A stretch of DNA of 64,000 nucleotides from an uncultured Phycisphaeraceae bacterium (GCA_964416845.1 CAYQFV010000002.1:4525-68524); one strand, 5' to 3'; positions 43,390-53,074 are shown, counted from the stretch's first letter. The notes: a model not told the origin generated them from the letters alone. Translations and numbers: made by a program.

Positions 43390-46245
43390 TCACCCGCCGA
43401 TGTCGGCGCTTAGGATGCGCACGATGTCGGCGCGACTCATTGTGCCGGCTCCGGGGTGGGAATTCTCCTTCAACTCGTTGCCTTGCTCGTCGATGAAGCG
43501 GTCCAACTGCTGTACGTCGACGAATACCCTGGTCGCGCCGCTGGCCCCCACGGTCGTCAGCAACGTCGGTTGAACCGGATCGGTCACGTCGATGACTTGC
43601 AGCCCGACGACACTGTTGGCCACTAGAGCGTAGTCGTCGACTCCCGGCGGTGCCATCTGGCTGGCGACGTCGACATCATTCGCGCTGCCACCGAGGTCCG
43701 AGATCGCAGCAACTTGGACGACGTTGTCAGGCTCGGTGATATCGTAGACGCGTAGGCCATTCGTCCCGGCGACGACATAAAGGTAGTCGTGCTCGCGCGA
43801 AGGCGTCGAACCGGCCGCCTCGAGGAAGTGGGTGTAGGTGTCCAAACCGGACGCTCCGGAAAGCTCAAGCCCACCGACCAGCTTCGGCGACGAGAATTCC
43901 GGCAGGAGATCAACAATACGCACGCCGAAATCCGGATCAGCCACATACGCCCTCGCGGCAAACGCCGGCCCCTTTTGATGATGGGCGTAAAGCGCTACGT
44001 CCGCTGCGTTCATGCCTGCCAGCGTGCCGGCGATGCGCGGTTCGTTGTGGTCCGAGATGTCGACGACCACCAACCCCGCGTCGCCCGCCGCGACGAACAG
44101 ATGGATGCCCCATGGAACAGCTCGGACAGCCGTGGGGATCGACACCGATGCGACCAACTCCGCCGACGTGGGATTGGCATTGTCATAGATGTTGACGCCT
44201 TCACCGGCGATCACGACGTAGAGATATCGTGCGGCGAAGCTGACGTCGATGGCGTTGATATTGTTGACTACCGTGGCAGCGGCGGTCGGCATGCCGTCTG
44301 TCATGTCAAAGATCGACAATCCGTCGCTACCGGACGCAACGTAGAGATAGTCTGCCTTTCCAGAGACCACGTTCGCACGAGAAGCCACCGCTCGCGGCGA
44401 CCCGGCGGCAAGCGTGGCGAGCAATACCGGGTTCGCAGGATCGGTATTGCGGTCGAACACGCGGATGCCATCGCTTGCCACTACGTAAGCGTCGTCGCGC
44501 GCGAGTGAATAGTTCCCCGAACCAAGCCCCAACGACGGCGGCGATCGGTGACACTCAACGCAGGTGCGCACCTCGTCACGCCCGCGGATCGTGTGCGGCT
44601 GGACCGGCTGGAGCGCCAGGCCGGACAATCCGTTGACCGTTTCGGGCATGACGAAATCGAGCTTCTTGCTGCCGTCGGCAGCGGTCACGTCTGCAATGGG
44701 TTGGCAGCCGACGATGTACGGCGAGACCTTCCCTTGGGCGTTCATGCCCATCGCGAAGTGCTTCAGGGACACGAACACCTTGTTTCCTGTGCTTGCTTTC
44801 CCCAACTCCTCCTCTCGCGTGATCAGATTGAGACCTGTGAGAGTTTCGTCGCGTTGAAAATGACAACCGAAGCAGTTGGGCATCCATGAAGCGTGGCACG
44901 CGTAACACTCCAGACCACCCTGCACCTTGAGATGGTTCTCGTTCATGGCTGCTGCTGCTTTGGCGTTGTATCGATTGGACTCGGGATTGACGACGTCCAT
45001 CACCTGAGGCACGACATGGGCCGCCCCGTTGACTTTGGACGTCAGGATGACGTCGCCGTCGCCGGTTCGCTCGACATTGCCAAGCGAGTTGCCATCTCGA
45101 TCGGTCAGCGTACCCGGCGCATCGGGGAGCCCGTGGCAGGTGCGACATTCGACCTTGGTCGCCTGATCCATGTGCCCATAGATGTTGCCGTCGCCCATCA
45201 CGCCGGCCTGCGTGTGGCAATCGATGCACGCCATGTTTCGTTCGCCATGAAGATCTTGTGGGTTCGTCTCGGCATCCGCGTAGTGATAGTTGCCGTTGAA
45301 CTTGACATCGGTCGTGCCCGCCACATCGGGTCCGGAGGGCAGTCGCGGTGGCATTTGAGACCGGCCTGAGAAGCTAAGACCAATGCGGGCACCGCGATGA
45401 TGGCAGTGGGCACACTGTGTTGAAGGGATCACGCGTGTGATCTGATGGATAACCGGGTGCCCCTGCTCGGTGTGATCGATGGACGTGTCCGCACTGCCTG
45501 ATCGACCGTCGTTGTCGTACACCATGTGACAGGCGGCGCAGCCGTCAGCGCGATAGGTCCCATCTGCCCCCTCAGCCCCACGATATCCCTTGCCCCGCGA
45601 CCAGAGATGGCAGCGGGCGCAAACTTGGCCTGGGACCGCGCGGTAGTGCGTGGCGAACTCGGCTTGGTCGAGCGATGGGTCGTACTTGATCAGGTCGATC
45701 AACTCGTCGACGGCGCCCGCTTCGGTCGGCACGTCGCCATCCTCATCGCGCACGGCAAAGTTTCCGTACACCGGCGTCTTGCTGTCCGTGACACCGTTTT
45801 GGTACAGACCGCCCGCGTAATGACCGGCCCCGGTGGCCATCAGGCCCTTGAGTATCCAGTCCACGTGTGGAACGTGACACTTGCCGCACGTCTCGCGCAC
45901 GACACGAAGGTTCGACGGGTTGACGAATTGCTGATACGGCAGGTCGTAGTCGAGCGGCGGCGTGGTCTTGTCCATGATGACCGGCAGCGTCGGCTGAACA
46001 TGGGCGCTCGCCATTTCCGCCGACGAAAAGTCTCCGCCGTGACAATCAGTGCAGTCGATCGACGCGTTGGCGTGAATGTCTTCGATCTTGTCATGACACT
46101 CGAGGCAACCAGGGTTGCTCTTCGTGAACGTCTTCGGGGGTGTCGTCGGCTCGAACGAACAACCAGCCACCACCATCACAAAACCTGTCATCGCCACAAT
46201 GCGAACGAACGAAACCATGGTCGACCTGCAGCCTGCGGTGTTCAT
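43390..46245 (-). CDS. Undecaheme c-type cytochrome lipoprotein fused to LVIVD-repeat beta-propeller-like domain
   Basis: 951 aa. Lipobox VMVVAGCS. Eleven CxxCH motifs: CLECH, CTDCH, CGKCH, CARCH, CAACH, CAHCH, CIDCH, CRTCH, CYACH, CFGCH, CVECH. The C-terminal ~370 aa contain about six repeats of the YLYVAxGxxGLxIxDxxxP type (e.g. DYLYVASGSDGLSIFDMTD, HLFVAAGDAGLVVVDISDHNEP, DYLYVVAGTNGLRVYDITEPDN). Confidence 0.8.
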   Translation of the reverse strand: MNTAGCRSTMVSFVRIVAMTGFVMVVAGCSFEPTTPPKTFTKSNPGCLECHDKIEDIHANASIDCTDCHGGDFSSAEMASAHVQPTLPVIMDKTTPPLDYDLPYQQFVNPSNLRVVRETCGKCHVPHVDWILKGLMATGAGHYAGGLYQNGVTDSKTPVYGNFAVRDEDGDVPTEAGAVDELIDLIKYDPSLDQAEFATHYRAVPGQVCARCHLWSRGKGYRGAEGADGTYRADGCAACHMVYDNDGRSGSADTSIDHTEQGHPVIHQITRVIPSTQCAHCHHRGARIGLSFSGRSQMPPRLPSGPDVAGTTDVKFNGNYHYADAETNPQDLHGERNMACIDCHTQAGVMGDGNIYGHMDQATKVECRTCHGLPDAPGTLTDRDGNSLGNVERTGDGDVILTSKVNGAAHVVPQVMDVVNPESNRYNAKAAAAMNENHLKVQGGLECYACHASWMPNCFGCHFQRDETLTGLNLITREEELGKASTGNKVFVSLKHFAMGMNAQGKVSPYIVGCQPIADVTAADGSKKLDFVMPETVNGLSGLALQPVQPHTIRGRDEVRTCVECHRSPPSLGLGSGNYSLARDDAYVVASDGIRVFDRNTDPANPVLLATLAAGSPRAVASRANVVSGKADYLYVASGSDGLSIFDMTDGMPTAAATVVNNINAIDVSFAARYLYVVIAGEGVNIYDNANPTSAELVASVSIPTAVRAVPWGIHLFVAAGDAGLVVVDISDHNEPRIAGTLAGMNAADVALYAHHQKGPAFAARAYVADPDFGVRIVDLLPEFSSPKLVGGLELSGASGLDTYTHFLEAAGSTPSREHDYLYVVAGTNGLRVYDITEPDNVVQVAAISDLGGSANDVDVASQMAPPGVDDYALVANSVVGLQVIDVTDPVQPTLLTTVGASGATRVFVDVQQLDRFIDEQGNELKENSHPGAGTMSRADIVRILSADIGG

Positions 46246-46315
46246 GTATTCTCAACCTCTATTGACGGTCGCCAGCGTGATCGATCACGCGACTCGCGGG
46301 CACCGGACGGGTCAT

Positions 46316-46334
46316 GCAAGGCAACTTGCCTTGC
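46316..46334. promoter_or_regulatory. Perfect 9-1-9 palindrome upstream of the cytochrome gene (candidate operator)
   Basis: GCAAGGCAA-C-TTGCCTTGC lies about 70-90 nt upstream of the cytochrome start on the minus strand. No cognate regulator is identified. Confidence 0.25.
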
Positions 46335-46936
46335 TGATACAAGGATCATTCTTCTCGATGCGGTTGCCGAAATCGGCGTTGCCCCTCGACGTCCGCACAC
46401 GTCGCCCGGGGGCACGAGAAACCGCTTCGCGGAATCGGTCCCTGCGATGCCGCCTCACCGAAACCCCAGAATTCGCACCGAGGGTTGGGACTCGTCCGTC
46501 GAATGCGACCGCCGCCAGTTTAATCGGCCGACATCGCGAGTCAAACTTAAATGTAGTTAATTATTGTAAGAAGATTCACCAGGGCCGTCAGACACGCATG
46601 TCGCAATCGTCACGATAAAACGACTCCGGCCCGAAAATCGCAAGCGTCGCGAGCGATGAACCACCAATGCATCGCACGTCTCGCCAACCCAACGGGCGAG
46701 ACACTCCAACTCTTTCTCGGCTGACCGCCAAACCGCACGCGATTCCGCTGGGTTTGAAGAATTGAATGCCCGCCGCCCACCACTTCGCGAGATCGCCCAC
46801 TCGATGAATCGCCCCGGATCTCGCCGAGGGGAATGACCGACTTGTCGATCGTCACACACCGCGTGTAAATATGCACCATCGCCCTCACTGCCGGCCGAAT
46901 TCATACGGTGACAGCGGAACGTCTGGTTATTATAGG

Positions 46937-46965
46937 ATTGCACTGTGAGCCATTTTACGGTATCT
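46937..46965 (+). promoter_or_regulatory. Candidate sigma-70-type promoter of the M43 protease gene
   Basis: TTGCAC (46937-46942), a 17-nt spacer, then TATCTT (46960-46965), about 100 nt upstream of the ATG at 47069. Pattern match only. Confidence 0.25.
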
Positions 46966-47068
46966 TGAGTGGTCTCGGCGGCTGTCATCGGGCGGGAGGT
47001 GGTCGCCGTTCGGCTTGGTCTGATCAACACTGCTTCAAACAGAGAATACGAAATACGGAGTGCTGAGC

Positions 47069-48709
47069 ATGCAGGGAAGAATCGCTTCGAGACCGGCGCG
47101 CCGGTTGTGGTTGGCGGTCGTGCTGATGTGGGTCGTCCCCGTCGGAGCGCAGGACCAGCAGTCTGCACCGAACCAACAAGCATCGGGCGATGACCGAAGC
47201 GTCATCGTCGTGGACGGTCGAGCATTCTCCACCTGGCAAGAGTACGTGTCATCGGACCTATTCCGTCGCAACGGGTTGCGTTGCGGCACGAGGCCTAGCT
47301 ACAACGCGGTTGCCGCTCGCAGTGCCGGACCAAGCGACTGCACGTTCTTCCTGACCAATCCTGCTCCCGCCTACGATCCGTCGGTCGGCAAGTTTCGCAT
47401 TCCCGTGGTGGTGCATGTCATCCGCCGCGACGATGGATTCGGCGACGTTAGCGAGGCAATGGTCCAAAGCCAAATCGACATCCTCAACGAGGATTTCCTG
47501 GCACTGACCGGCACGAACGGTCAGAATGGCACCAACGTCGAGATCGAGTTTTTTCTGGCCACGACCGACCCGTCGGGCAGCCCGACCAATGGCATTACCT
47601 ACAGCAACAACACGACGTGGTACAATGACGGTGGCGCCTATTGGAACAGTCTCGCCTGGGACACTAGCCAGTATCTCAACATATACACCAACAGTGCAAG
47701 CGGTGCACTCGGCTACGTTCCCGATTTGCCCCAAGGCGGAATCGCCGGCTCCAACAGCGACCGCGTCGTCATTCTGTGGTCGACATTTGGCAGGAACGCA
47801 CCGTTCGCGCCGTTCGACCAAGGGCGCACGCTCACACACGAGGTCGGCCACTACTTCGGTTTGGAACACACGTTCGCCGGCGCGTGCGCATCGGTAGCAA
47901 GTTGCAACACGAATGGCGATTTGATTTGCGATACCAACCCCGAGTCGTCTCCGAACTTCGGATGCTCGAACTCTCAATCGTGCGGCGTACCGAAGCCCAT
48001 CGAGAACTACATGGACTACTCGGACGATTTGTGCATGGAACAATTCACAGCTGAACAGGCCCGGCGAATGCGATGCTCGTTGGAGTTCTACAGGCCTGCG
48101 CTGTTCCAAATGATCCCAGCCACCTGTGGCGACGGTGTCGTCGGCCCGGACGAAACGTGCGACACCGGGATCGCCGCCGGTCAACCCGGAGCCTGCCCAA
48201 CGGTATGCAACAGCACGGGGTGCACGGTTGGAACATTGCTGGAACCGGGCACGTGTCTGGCGAGTTGCGACTTCTCTCCCATCACGCAGCCGATCAGTGG
48301 CGACGGCTGCTGCCCGCCCGGCGCGAACGCAGCCAACGACAACGACTGTGTGGCGGCGTGCGGCAACAACGTGTGCGAACCCGGCGAACTTGGGATTTGC
48401 GTTGATTGTGATTGCACGGTTGATGCGCAATGCGATGATTCCTTCGTATGCACGACAGATCAATGCGTCAGCGGCCAATGCTCTTACACAGCCAGCTTGT
48501 TCGGCGATGTCGATTTGAATGCAACCGTAAACCTCTTCGATCTGTTCTGTGCGCTGGACGGATTCGGCGGCACTTTCTCGGGCAACTGCACGTTCGAAAG
48601 CGTCGACATCGAACCCTGCGCAGGCAACAACACGATCAACATTCTTGACCTCTTCGCAATTCTGGACGCCTTCAACGGAGTCAACGCCTGCTGCGCCCCA
48701 TCGCCGTAG
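47069..48709 (+). CDS. Secreted M43-family (pappalysin/ulilysin-like) zinc metalloprotease with Cys-rich and dockerin-like C-terminal regions
   Basis: The ATG at 47069 is preceded by ACGGAG. Signal RRLWLAVVLMWVVPVGA|QDQ. Metzincin motif HEVGHYFGLEHTF. Cys-rich repeats (CGDGVVGPDETCD...). The C-terminal duplicated segment DVDLNATVNLFDLFCALDGF / NNTINILDLFAILDAFNG is dockerin/EF-hand-like. Confidence 0.8.
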   Translation: MQGRIASRPARRLWLAVVLMWVVPVGAQDQQSAPNQQASGDDRSVIVVDGRAFSTWQEYVSSDLFRRNGLRCGTRPSYNAVAARSAGPSDCTFFLTNPAPAYDPSVGKFRIPVVVHVIRRDDGFGDVSEAMVQSQIDILNEDFLALTGTNGQNGTNVEIEFFLATTDPSGSPTNGITYSNNTTWYNDGGAYWNSLAWDTSQYLNIYTNSASGALGYVPDLPQGGIAGSNSDRVVILWSTFGRNAPFAPFDQGRTLTHEVGHYFGLEHTFAGACASVASCNTNGDLICDTNPESSPNFGCSNSQSCGVPKPIENYMDYSDDLCMEQFTAEQARRMRCSLEFYRPALFQMIPATCGDGVVGPDETCDTGIAAGQPGACPTVCNSTGCTVGTLLEPGTCLASCDFSPITQPISGDGCCPPGANAANDNDCVAACGNNVCEPGELGICVDCDCTVDAQCDDSFVCTTDQCVSGQCSYTASLFGDVDLNATVNLFDLFCALDGFGGTFSGNCTFESVDIEPCAGNNTINILDLFAILDAFNGVNACCAPSP

Positions 48710-48759
48710 CAGGCTGGGGACGATGTTCAACCGTTGCGATCCGAGACGGCTGCGGGGTG

Positions 48760-49581
48760 TTATGAAACCGTCTGACAGCACGGACAGTAATGCGTGGTTC
48801 GCGAGGCGACGACGATGCGAACGATGGTCGTCTTGCAGCGCGGGCAGGGCTTGCCCTCTCGTTGATACACACGATGTTGGCGCTGAAAGCTGCCCGATTG
48901 ACCATCGGGTGTGCGGTAGTCCATCAGGGTGGATCCGCGGGCTTTGATGGCGGCACACAATACGCTCTGAATGCTGCGCAGCAGTTTGGCAGACTGTTCG
49001 CGCGTCAGGTCACCTGCGCGGCTGCACGGGTGAATGCGTGCGCGGTGGAGCGATTCGTCGCAATAGATGTTGCCCAACCCGGCGATCACACGCTGATCGA
49101 GAAGAAGGGCTTTGATCTGGCGGTTTCTTTCCAAGATGCGTCGGAAGCGTCGCAGGTTGATCTCGAGCGGTTCCTCACCGAGTGGGGCGAGAGCTTTGCT
49201 CTGATCGCCTTCGGTGCCATTCAGCAACCAGACTCCGCCAAAACGTCGCGGGTCACAAAAGCGCAGCTCGTGGGTTGCATCGCCAAACGCGATACGCAGA
49301 TGGGTGTGAGCAGCCAGCGGAGCGCGGGTCGGGTTGATCGTGATGCGTCCTGTCATGCCAAGCGCAAACACAACGGTGATGTCGCCCTCAAGGTTGAGCA
49401 GAACGCGTTTCCCGCGTCGGGTGACACTCTCCACACGGCGTTGCCGAAGGTAGCGACCGAGCAGGTCGGGATCACTCTTGAAGATGTCCCGGCGACACAG
49501 TCGGGGCGATCGGAGAATTTCACCACCAAGCGCGGCGTGCAGCGCACGGGCGATCGTTTCTGCTTCGGGTAATTCCGGCAT
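48760..49581 (-). CDS. mutM: Formamidopyrimidine-DNA glycosylase
   Basis: The ATG at 49581 gives MPELPEAETIARAL, with the catalytic Pro2 and Glu3. There is a C-terminal zinc finger CPRCKTTIVRIVVASRTTHYCPCCQ. The track ORF's 48-codon extension runs into a repeat element. Confidence 0.9.
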   Translation of the reverse strand: MPELPEAETIARALHAALGGEILRSPRLCRRDIFKSDPDLLGRYLRQRRVESVTRRGKRVLLNLEGDITVVFALGMTGRITINPTRAPLAAHTHLRIAFGDATHELRFCDPRRFGGVWLLNGTEGDQSKALAPLGEEPLEINLRRFRRILERNRQIKALLLDQRVIAGLGNIYCDESLHRARIHPCSRAGDLTREQSAKLLRSIQSVLCAAIKARGSTLMDYRTPDGQSGSFQRQHRVYQREGKPCPRCKTTIVRIVVASRTTHYCPCCQTVS

Positions 49582-49658
49582 GACCGTCATGCTAGCCCGG
49601 TTCCGCTCCGCCGGCGAGATAGCGAATCGAGTCCGCGACAATATTGGTGGGGCCGTTT

Positions 49659-49852
49659 CGTCCCGAAGGGACGCTGTGACAATAGCCCAGCGATTCATCG
49701 CTGGGAGAAAGTGGTTCGGTTGCAATGCGGAGTCCCGGAGGGACGATTGAAGAGAAGTCGATGTTCAACCGTCCCTCTGGGACTCTGTTTGGGTGAGGCT
49801 TGGCAATCCCAGCGATGAATCGCTGGGCTATTCTCGATCGCCCCGCTGGGGC
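49659..49852. repeat. Composite palindromic repeat cluster (family C)
   Basis: Hairpin CGTCCC-GAA-GGGACG lies at 49659-49673. A perfect 24-bp inverted repeat ATAGCCCAGCGATTCATCGCTGGG (49682-49705) / CCCAGCGATGAATCGCTGGGCTAT (49808-49831) flanks a 16-bp-arm hairpin (49730-49745 / 49770-49785, one mismatch). A further hairpin GCCCC-GCT-GGGGC lies at 49840-49852. Confidence 0.85.
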
Positions 49853-50031
49853 TGCGACTGCTGCATGCCGTACCCGGGGGGCCGCCATCAAAGAACAAAC
49901 CTCCGCCGAATGTGTCACGCACGCCGGCGAATCGGCGAATCTACCGCGGTGGACAGCGTTTGTGAGCCCGCCGACCAAGCGGTACACTAAACGGAATCGA
50001 GAACGCCCAATCATCAGCCCGGAGCAACAAC

Positions 50032-52083
50032 GTGGGACTGTTCAAGCTCAAAAGCCCGTTCCAGCCACGCGGAGACCAACCCGCCGCCATCGACCGCCTG
50101 TCCGAAGGGCTGGCTGAAGGCCGGAAGTACCAGTGCCTGATGGGAGTCACCGGGTCGGGAAAAACGTTCACGGTCGCCCACACCATCGCGCGGCAGGATC
50201 GTCCGGTGCTGGTCATATCGCACAACAAAACGCTGGCCGCCCAACTCTACGAGGAGTTTCGCGAGCTGTTCCCTGACAACGCTGTGGGCTATTTCGTCAG
50301 CTACTACGACTACTACCAACCCGAAGCGTACATCGCCGCCCGCGACATCTACATCGAAAAGGACGCGTCGCGGAACGACGATCTCGATCGGCTTCGCCTG
50401 GCAACGACCAGTCATCTGGTCTCACGGCGCGACGTTGTCATCGTGGCAAGCGTGTCGTGCATCTTCGGGCTGGGATCGCCGGAGGATTACAAATCCAGCA
50501 CGGTCGTGATCAACGTTGGCGATACGGTCGATCGCGACGAGATGCTCAAACGCTTCGTGGATTTGCAGTATTCGCGCAACGATGTCGAGCTGACCCGGAG
50601 CAAGTTTCGCGTCCGCGGTGACGTCGTCGAGATTCAGCCGGCGTATGAGGAGTTCGGCTATCGCATCGAAATGTTCGGGGACGAAATCGAAAAGATCGAC
50701 ATGATCAACCCGCTGACCGGCGAAACGCTCGTCAGCGAACAACGCTTGTTTCTATACCCAGCCGTTCACTATGTGATGCCCGAAGAACGGATTCAAGCAG
50801 CCACCGAATCGATCCTCGCAGAACTTGAAGAACGCGTGATGCAATTGCGCCGACACGGCAAACTGCTCGAAGCCCAACGGCTGACCGCGCGTACCAAGTA
50901 CGACGTGGAAATGCTGCGGGAGGTGGGTTACTGCTCGGGAATCGAGAACTACTCCCGCCATCTGAACGGGTCTGCCCCAGGCAGTCGGCCGTTCACTCTG
51001 TTGGACTACTTCGGTGACGAATTCGTCCTCGTGCTGGACGAGTCCCATGCGACAGTTCCGCAGGTCCGCGCCATGTACGCGGGCGATCGCAGTCGCAAGG
51101 AAGTGCTCGTGGAGCACGGATTCAGGCTGCCGTCGTGTCTGGACAACAGGCCGTTGAAGTTTGAAGAGTTCGAGGCGATGTGGGACCATGTGATTTTCAT
51201 GTCCGCCACACCAGCGCCGTACGAATTGCAGTGTTGCAAGGGCGAAGTGGTCGAGCAGGTCGTTCGACCGACAGGCTTGGTAGACCCGGAGATTCACGTT
51301 CTGCCCGCGCGTGGGCAAGTGCCGGATCTGCTGCAGCGTGTCATCGAACGATCGGCGGCAGGCGAACGTGTTCTGGTGACCACGCTGACGAAGCGATTGG
51401 CCGAAGATTTGTCGCGATACATTCAGGAGGAGGGGCTGCGCTGCAAGTATTTGCACAGCGAAATCGACACGCTTGATCGGGTGGTCATTTTGAACGAATT
51501 GCGGTCGGGAGAGTTCGACGTGCTGGTCGGGGTCAATCTGTTGCGAGAAGGGTTGGACCTTCCCGAAGTGTCACTGGTGTGCATTCTGGACGCCGACAAG
51601 GAAGGTTTCTTGCGCAGCGAAACGTCGCTGATCCAAACGATGGGACGGGCCGCGCGGCACGTGAACGCACAGGTTATCATGTACGCGGACAAAGAGACGC
51701 CCAGCATGAAACGGGCGATCGACGAGACGCGTCGCCGAAGAAAGCTGCAGATGGCGTACAACGAGGAACATGGCATCACGCCGACGACGATTCAAAAATC
51801 CATCAAGACGGCGCTAGCGAGCGAGTTGAGCGGACGCGACACGGCGATGAAGGCGATTCGAGCATCGGAAGAAGAGTACGATCGTGACGAATTGATCGCC
51901 AAGATCGAAAAGGAGATGCTGGCAGCCGCCGACGAACTCGATTTCGAACGGGCGGCTGAACTGCATCGCAAGATCAAGCAGCTTCAGGGCGGACCTGAGC
52001 TTGTGTCCGCCTCGGACGTAGAGATGGGCAAGTCCACCCCGCACAAGCGGTCCAAACGATCGCGACCGAAGCGTCCGCGATGA
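50032..52083 (+). CDS. uvrB: Excinuclease ABC subunit B
   Basis: 683 aa with a GTG start. PRGDQPAAI, Walker A GVTGSGKTFT, DESH box VLDESHATVPQ, helicase motifs, and the C-terminal UVR domain ELDFERAAELHRKIKQL. Confidence 0.95.
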   Translation: MGLFKLKSPFQPRGDQPAAIDRLSEGLAEGRKYQCLMGVTGSGKTFTVAHTIARQDRPVLVISHNKTLAAQLYEEFRELFPDNAVGYFVSYYDYYQPEAYIAARDIYIEKDASRNDDLDRLRLATTSHLVSRRDVVIVASVSCIFGLGSPEDYKSSTVVINVGDTVDRDEMLKRFVDLQYSRNDVELTRSKFRVRGDVVEIQPAYEEFGYRIEMFGDEIEKIDMINPLTGETLVSEQRLFLYPAVHYVMPEERIQAATESILAELEERVMQLRRHGKLLEAQRLTARTKYDVEMLREVGYCSGIENYSRHLNGSAPGSRPFTLLDYFGDEFVLVLDESHATVPQVRAMYAGDRSRKEVLVEHGFRLPSCLDNRPLKFEEFEAMWDHVIFMSATPAPYELQCCKGEVVEQVVRPTGLVDPEIHVLPARGQVPDLLQRVIERSAAGERVLVTTLTKRLAEDLSRYIQEEGLRCKYLHSEIDTLDRVVILNELRSGEFDVLVGVNLLREGLDLPEVSLVCILDADKEGFLRSETSLIQTMGRAARHVNAQVIMYADKETPSMKRAIDETRRRRKLQMAYNEEHGITPTTIQKSIKTALASELSGRDTAMKAIRASEEEYDRDELIAKIEKEMLAAADELDFERAAELHRKIKQLQGGPELVSASDVEMGKSTPHKRSKRSRPKRPR

Positions 52084-52123
52084 CGTGAATTGTGGTTAAT
52101 GTATGGTGATCGACTAGACGACC

Positions 52124-53059
52124 ATGGATCAAGCTGCGGAAAACGACATTCGAAGGTGGGCGAAGCGTCTGGCAGAACTCGCCAAGGAAGAGGATCTGGG
52201 ATCCGGTGACGTTACCAGCCAACTGTGCAAGATGCACGGTGACGGTGCCTTCGATCTGGTCGCGCGGGAGGAGGGCGTTCTCGCCGGCTGCCTCATCGCC
52301 AACGACATCCTGCAAGTCTATGATCAGGGTCTGGAACTTCATTGGTCAACGGGCATTGCCGACGGTTCGAAAATCGGGTCGACTGGAGCAATCCTCGGGC
52401 GGGTCTCGGGGAATCGTTCGACACTGCTGGCGGCGGAGCGCGTGCTGCTCAATTTTCTCGGTCGCCTTTGCGGTGTCGCCACGTACACTCGGCGCTTCGT
52501 AGACGCGGTGGCTGATACGGGCGTGAAGATCCTGGACACGCGAAAGACCACGCCCGGCTGGCGGGTGCTGGAGAAATACGCGGTCCGGTGTGGTGGCGGC
52601 TACAATCATCGCATGGGGCTGTACGACGCCGTCCTGATGAAAGACAACCACCTGGCCGGTGTGTCGGCCGATCGGCTGGCAGCCTGCGTTTTCGACGCGC
52701 TCAACGGGCTCGCCGATCTCGATCATCGCCCCTCGTTTGTGGAGGTGGAGGCTGACTCGTTGGAACAGGTGGAAGCATTGCTGAAGGTGATCGGTATTGA
52801 CGTGATTCTGTTGGACAATTTCTCGCCCGACGAACTGGAGGCAGCCGTCGCGCTGCGCGACTCGATGGGGGCGACAGGCTCGATCGCACTCGAAGCGTCG
52901 GGCGGCATCAGTCTGACCACGGTTCGGGCTGTGGCGGACACCGGCGTCGATAGAATTTCCGTCGGCGCGATCACGCATTCAGCCACCGTGATGGACTTGG
53001 CGTTTGACGCCTGCGAAGGGTCCGCGGCGAATCCAAACCCGTCATCCCCAAACCACTAG
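52124..53059 (+). CDS. nadC: Nicotinate-nucleotide pyrophosphorylase (carboxylating)
   Basis: AERVLLNFLGRLCGVATYT, ILDTRKTTPGWR, KYAVRCGGGYNHRMGLYDAVLMKDNH, LLDNFSP and ALEASGGIS are QAPRTase blocks. Confidence 0.9.
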   Translation: MDQAAENDIRRWAKRLAELAKEEDLGSGDVTSQLCKMHGDGAFDLVAREEGVLAGCLIANDILQVYDQGLELHWSTGIADGSKIGSTGAILGRVSGNRSTLLAAERVLLNFLGRLCGVATYTRRFVDAVADTGVKILDTRKTTPGWRVLEKYAVRCGGGYNHRMGLYDAVLMKDNHLAGVSADRLAACVFDALNGLADLDHRPSFVEVEADSLEQVEALLKVIGIDVILLDNFSPDELEAAVALRDSMGATGSIALEASGGISLTTVRAVADTGVDRISVGAITHSATVMDLAFDACEGSAANPNPSSPNH

Positions 53060-53074
53060 CGAGCGGTTGTACCC

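Noticed and set aside
46557-47183. 208-aa minus-strand ORF in the cytochrome/protease intergenic region
   Set aside because: It has no recognisable motif, overlaps the signal-peptide region of the protease gene on the opposite strand, and contains the A/T-rich patch. It cannot be supported as a gene, though a shorter ORF starting at MNSAGSEG cannot be excluded without comparative data.
47258-48958. 566-aa ORF on the minus strand
   Set aside because: It is antisense to the M43 metalloprotease gene (HEVGHYFGLEH motif, signal peptide) and runs on into mutM. It has no recognisable motif and is a shadow ORF.
48760-49725. Track version of mutM with a 48-codon N-terminal extension (MQPNHFLPAMNRWAIVTASLRDE...)
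   Set aside because: Fpg requires the N-terminal Met-Pro-Glu, because Pro2 is catalytic. MPELPEAE begins at 49581. The extension is read-through of the palindromic repeat cluster.
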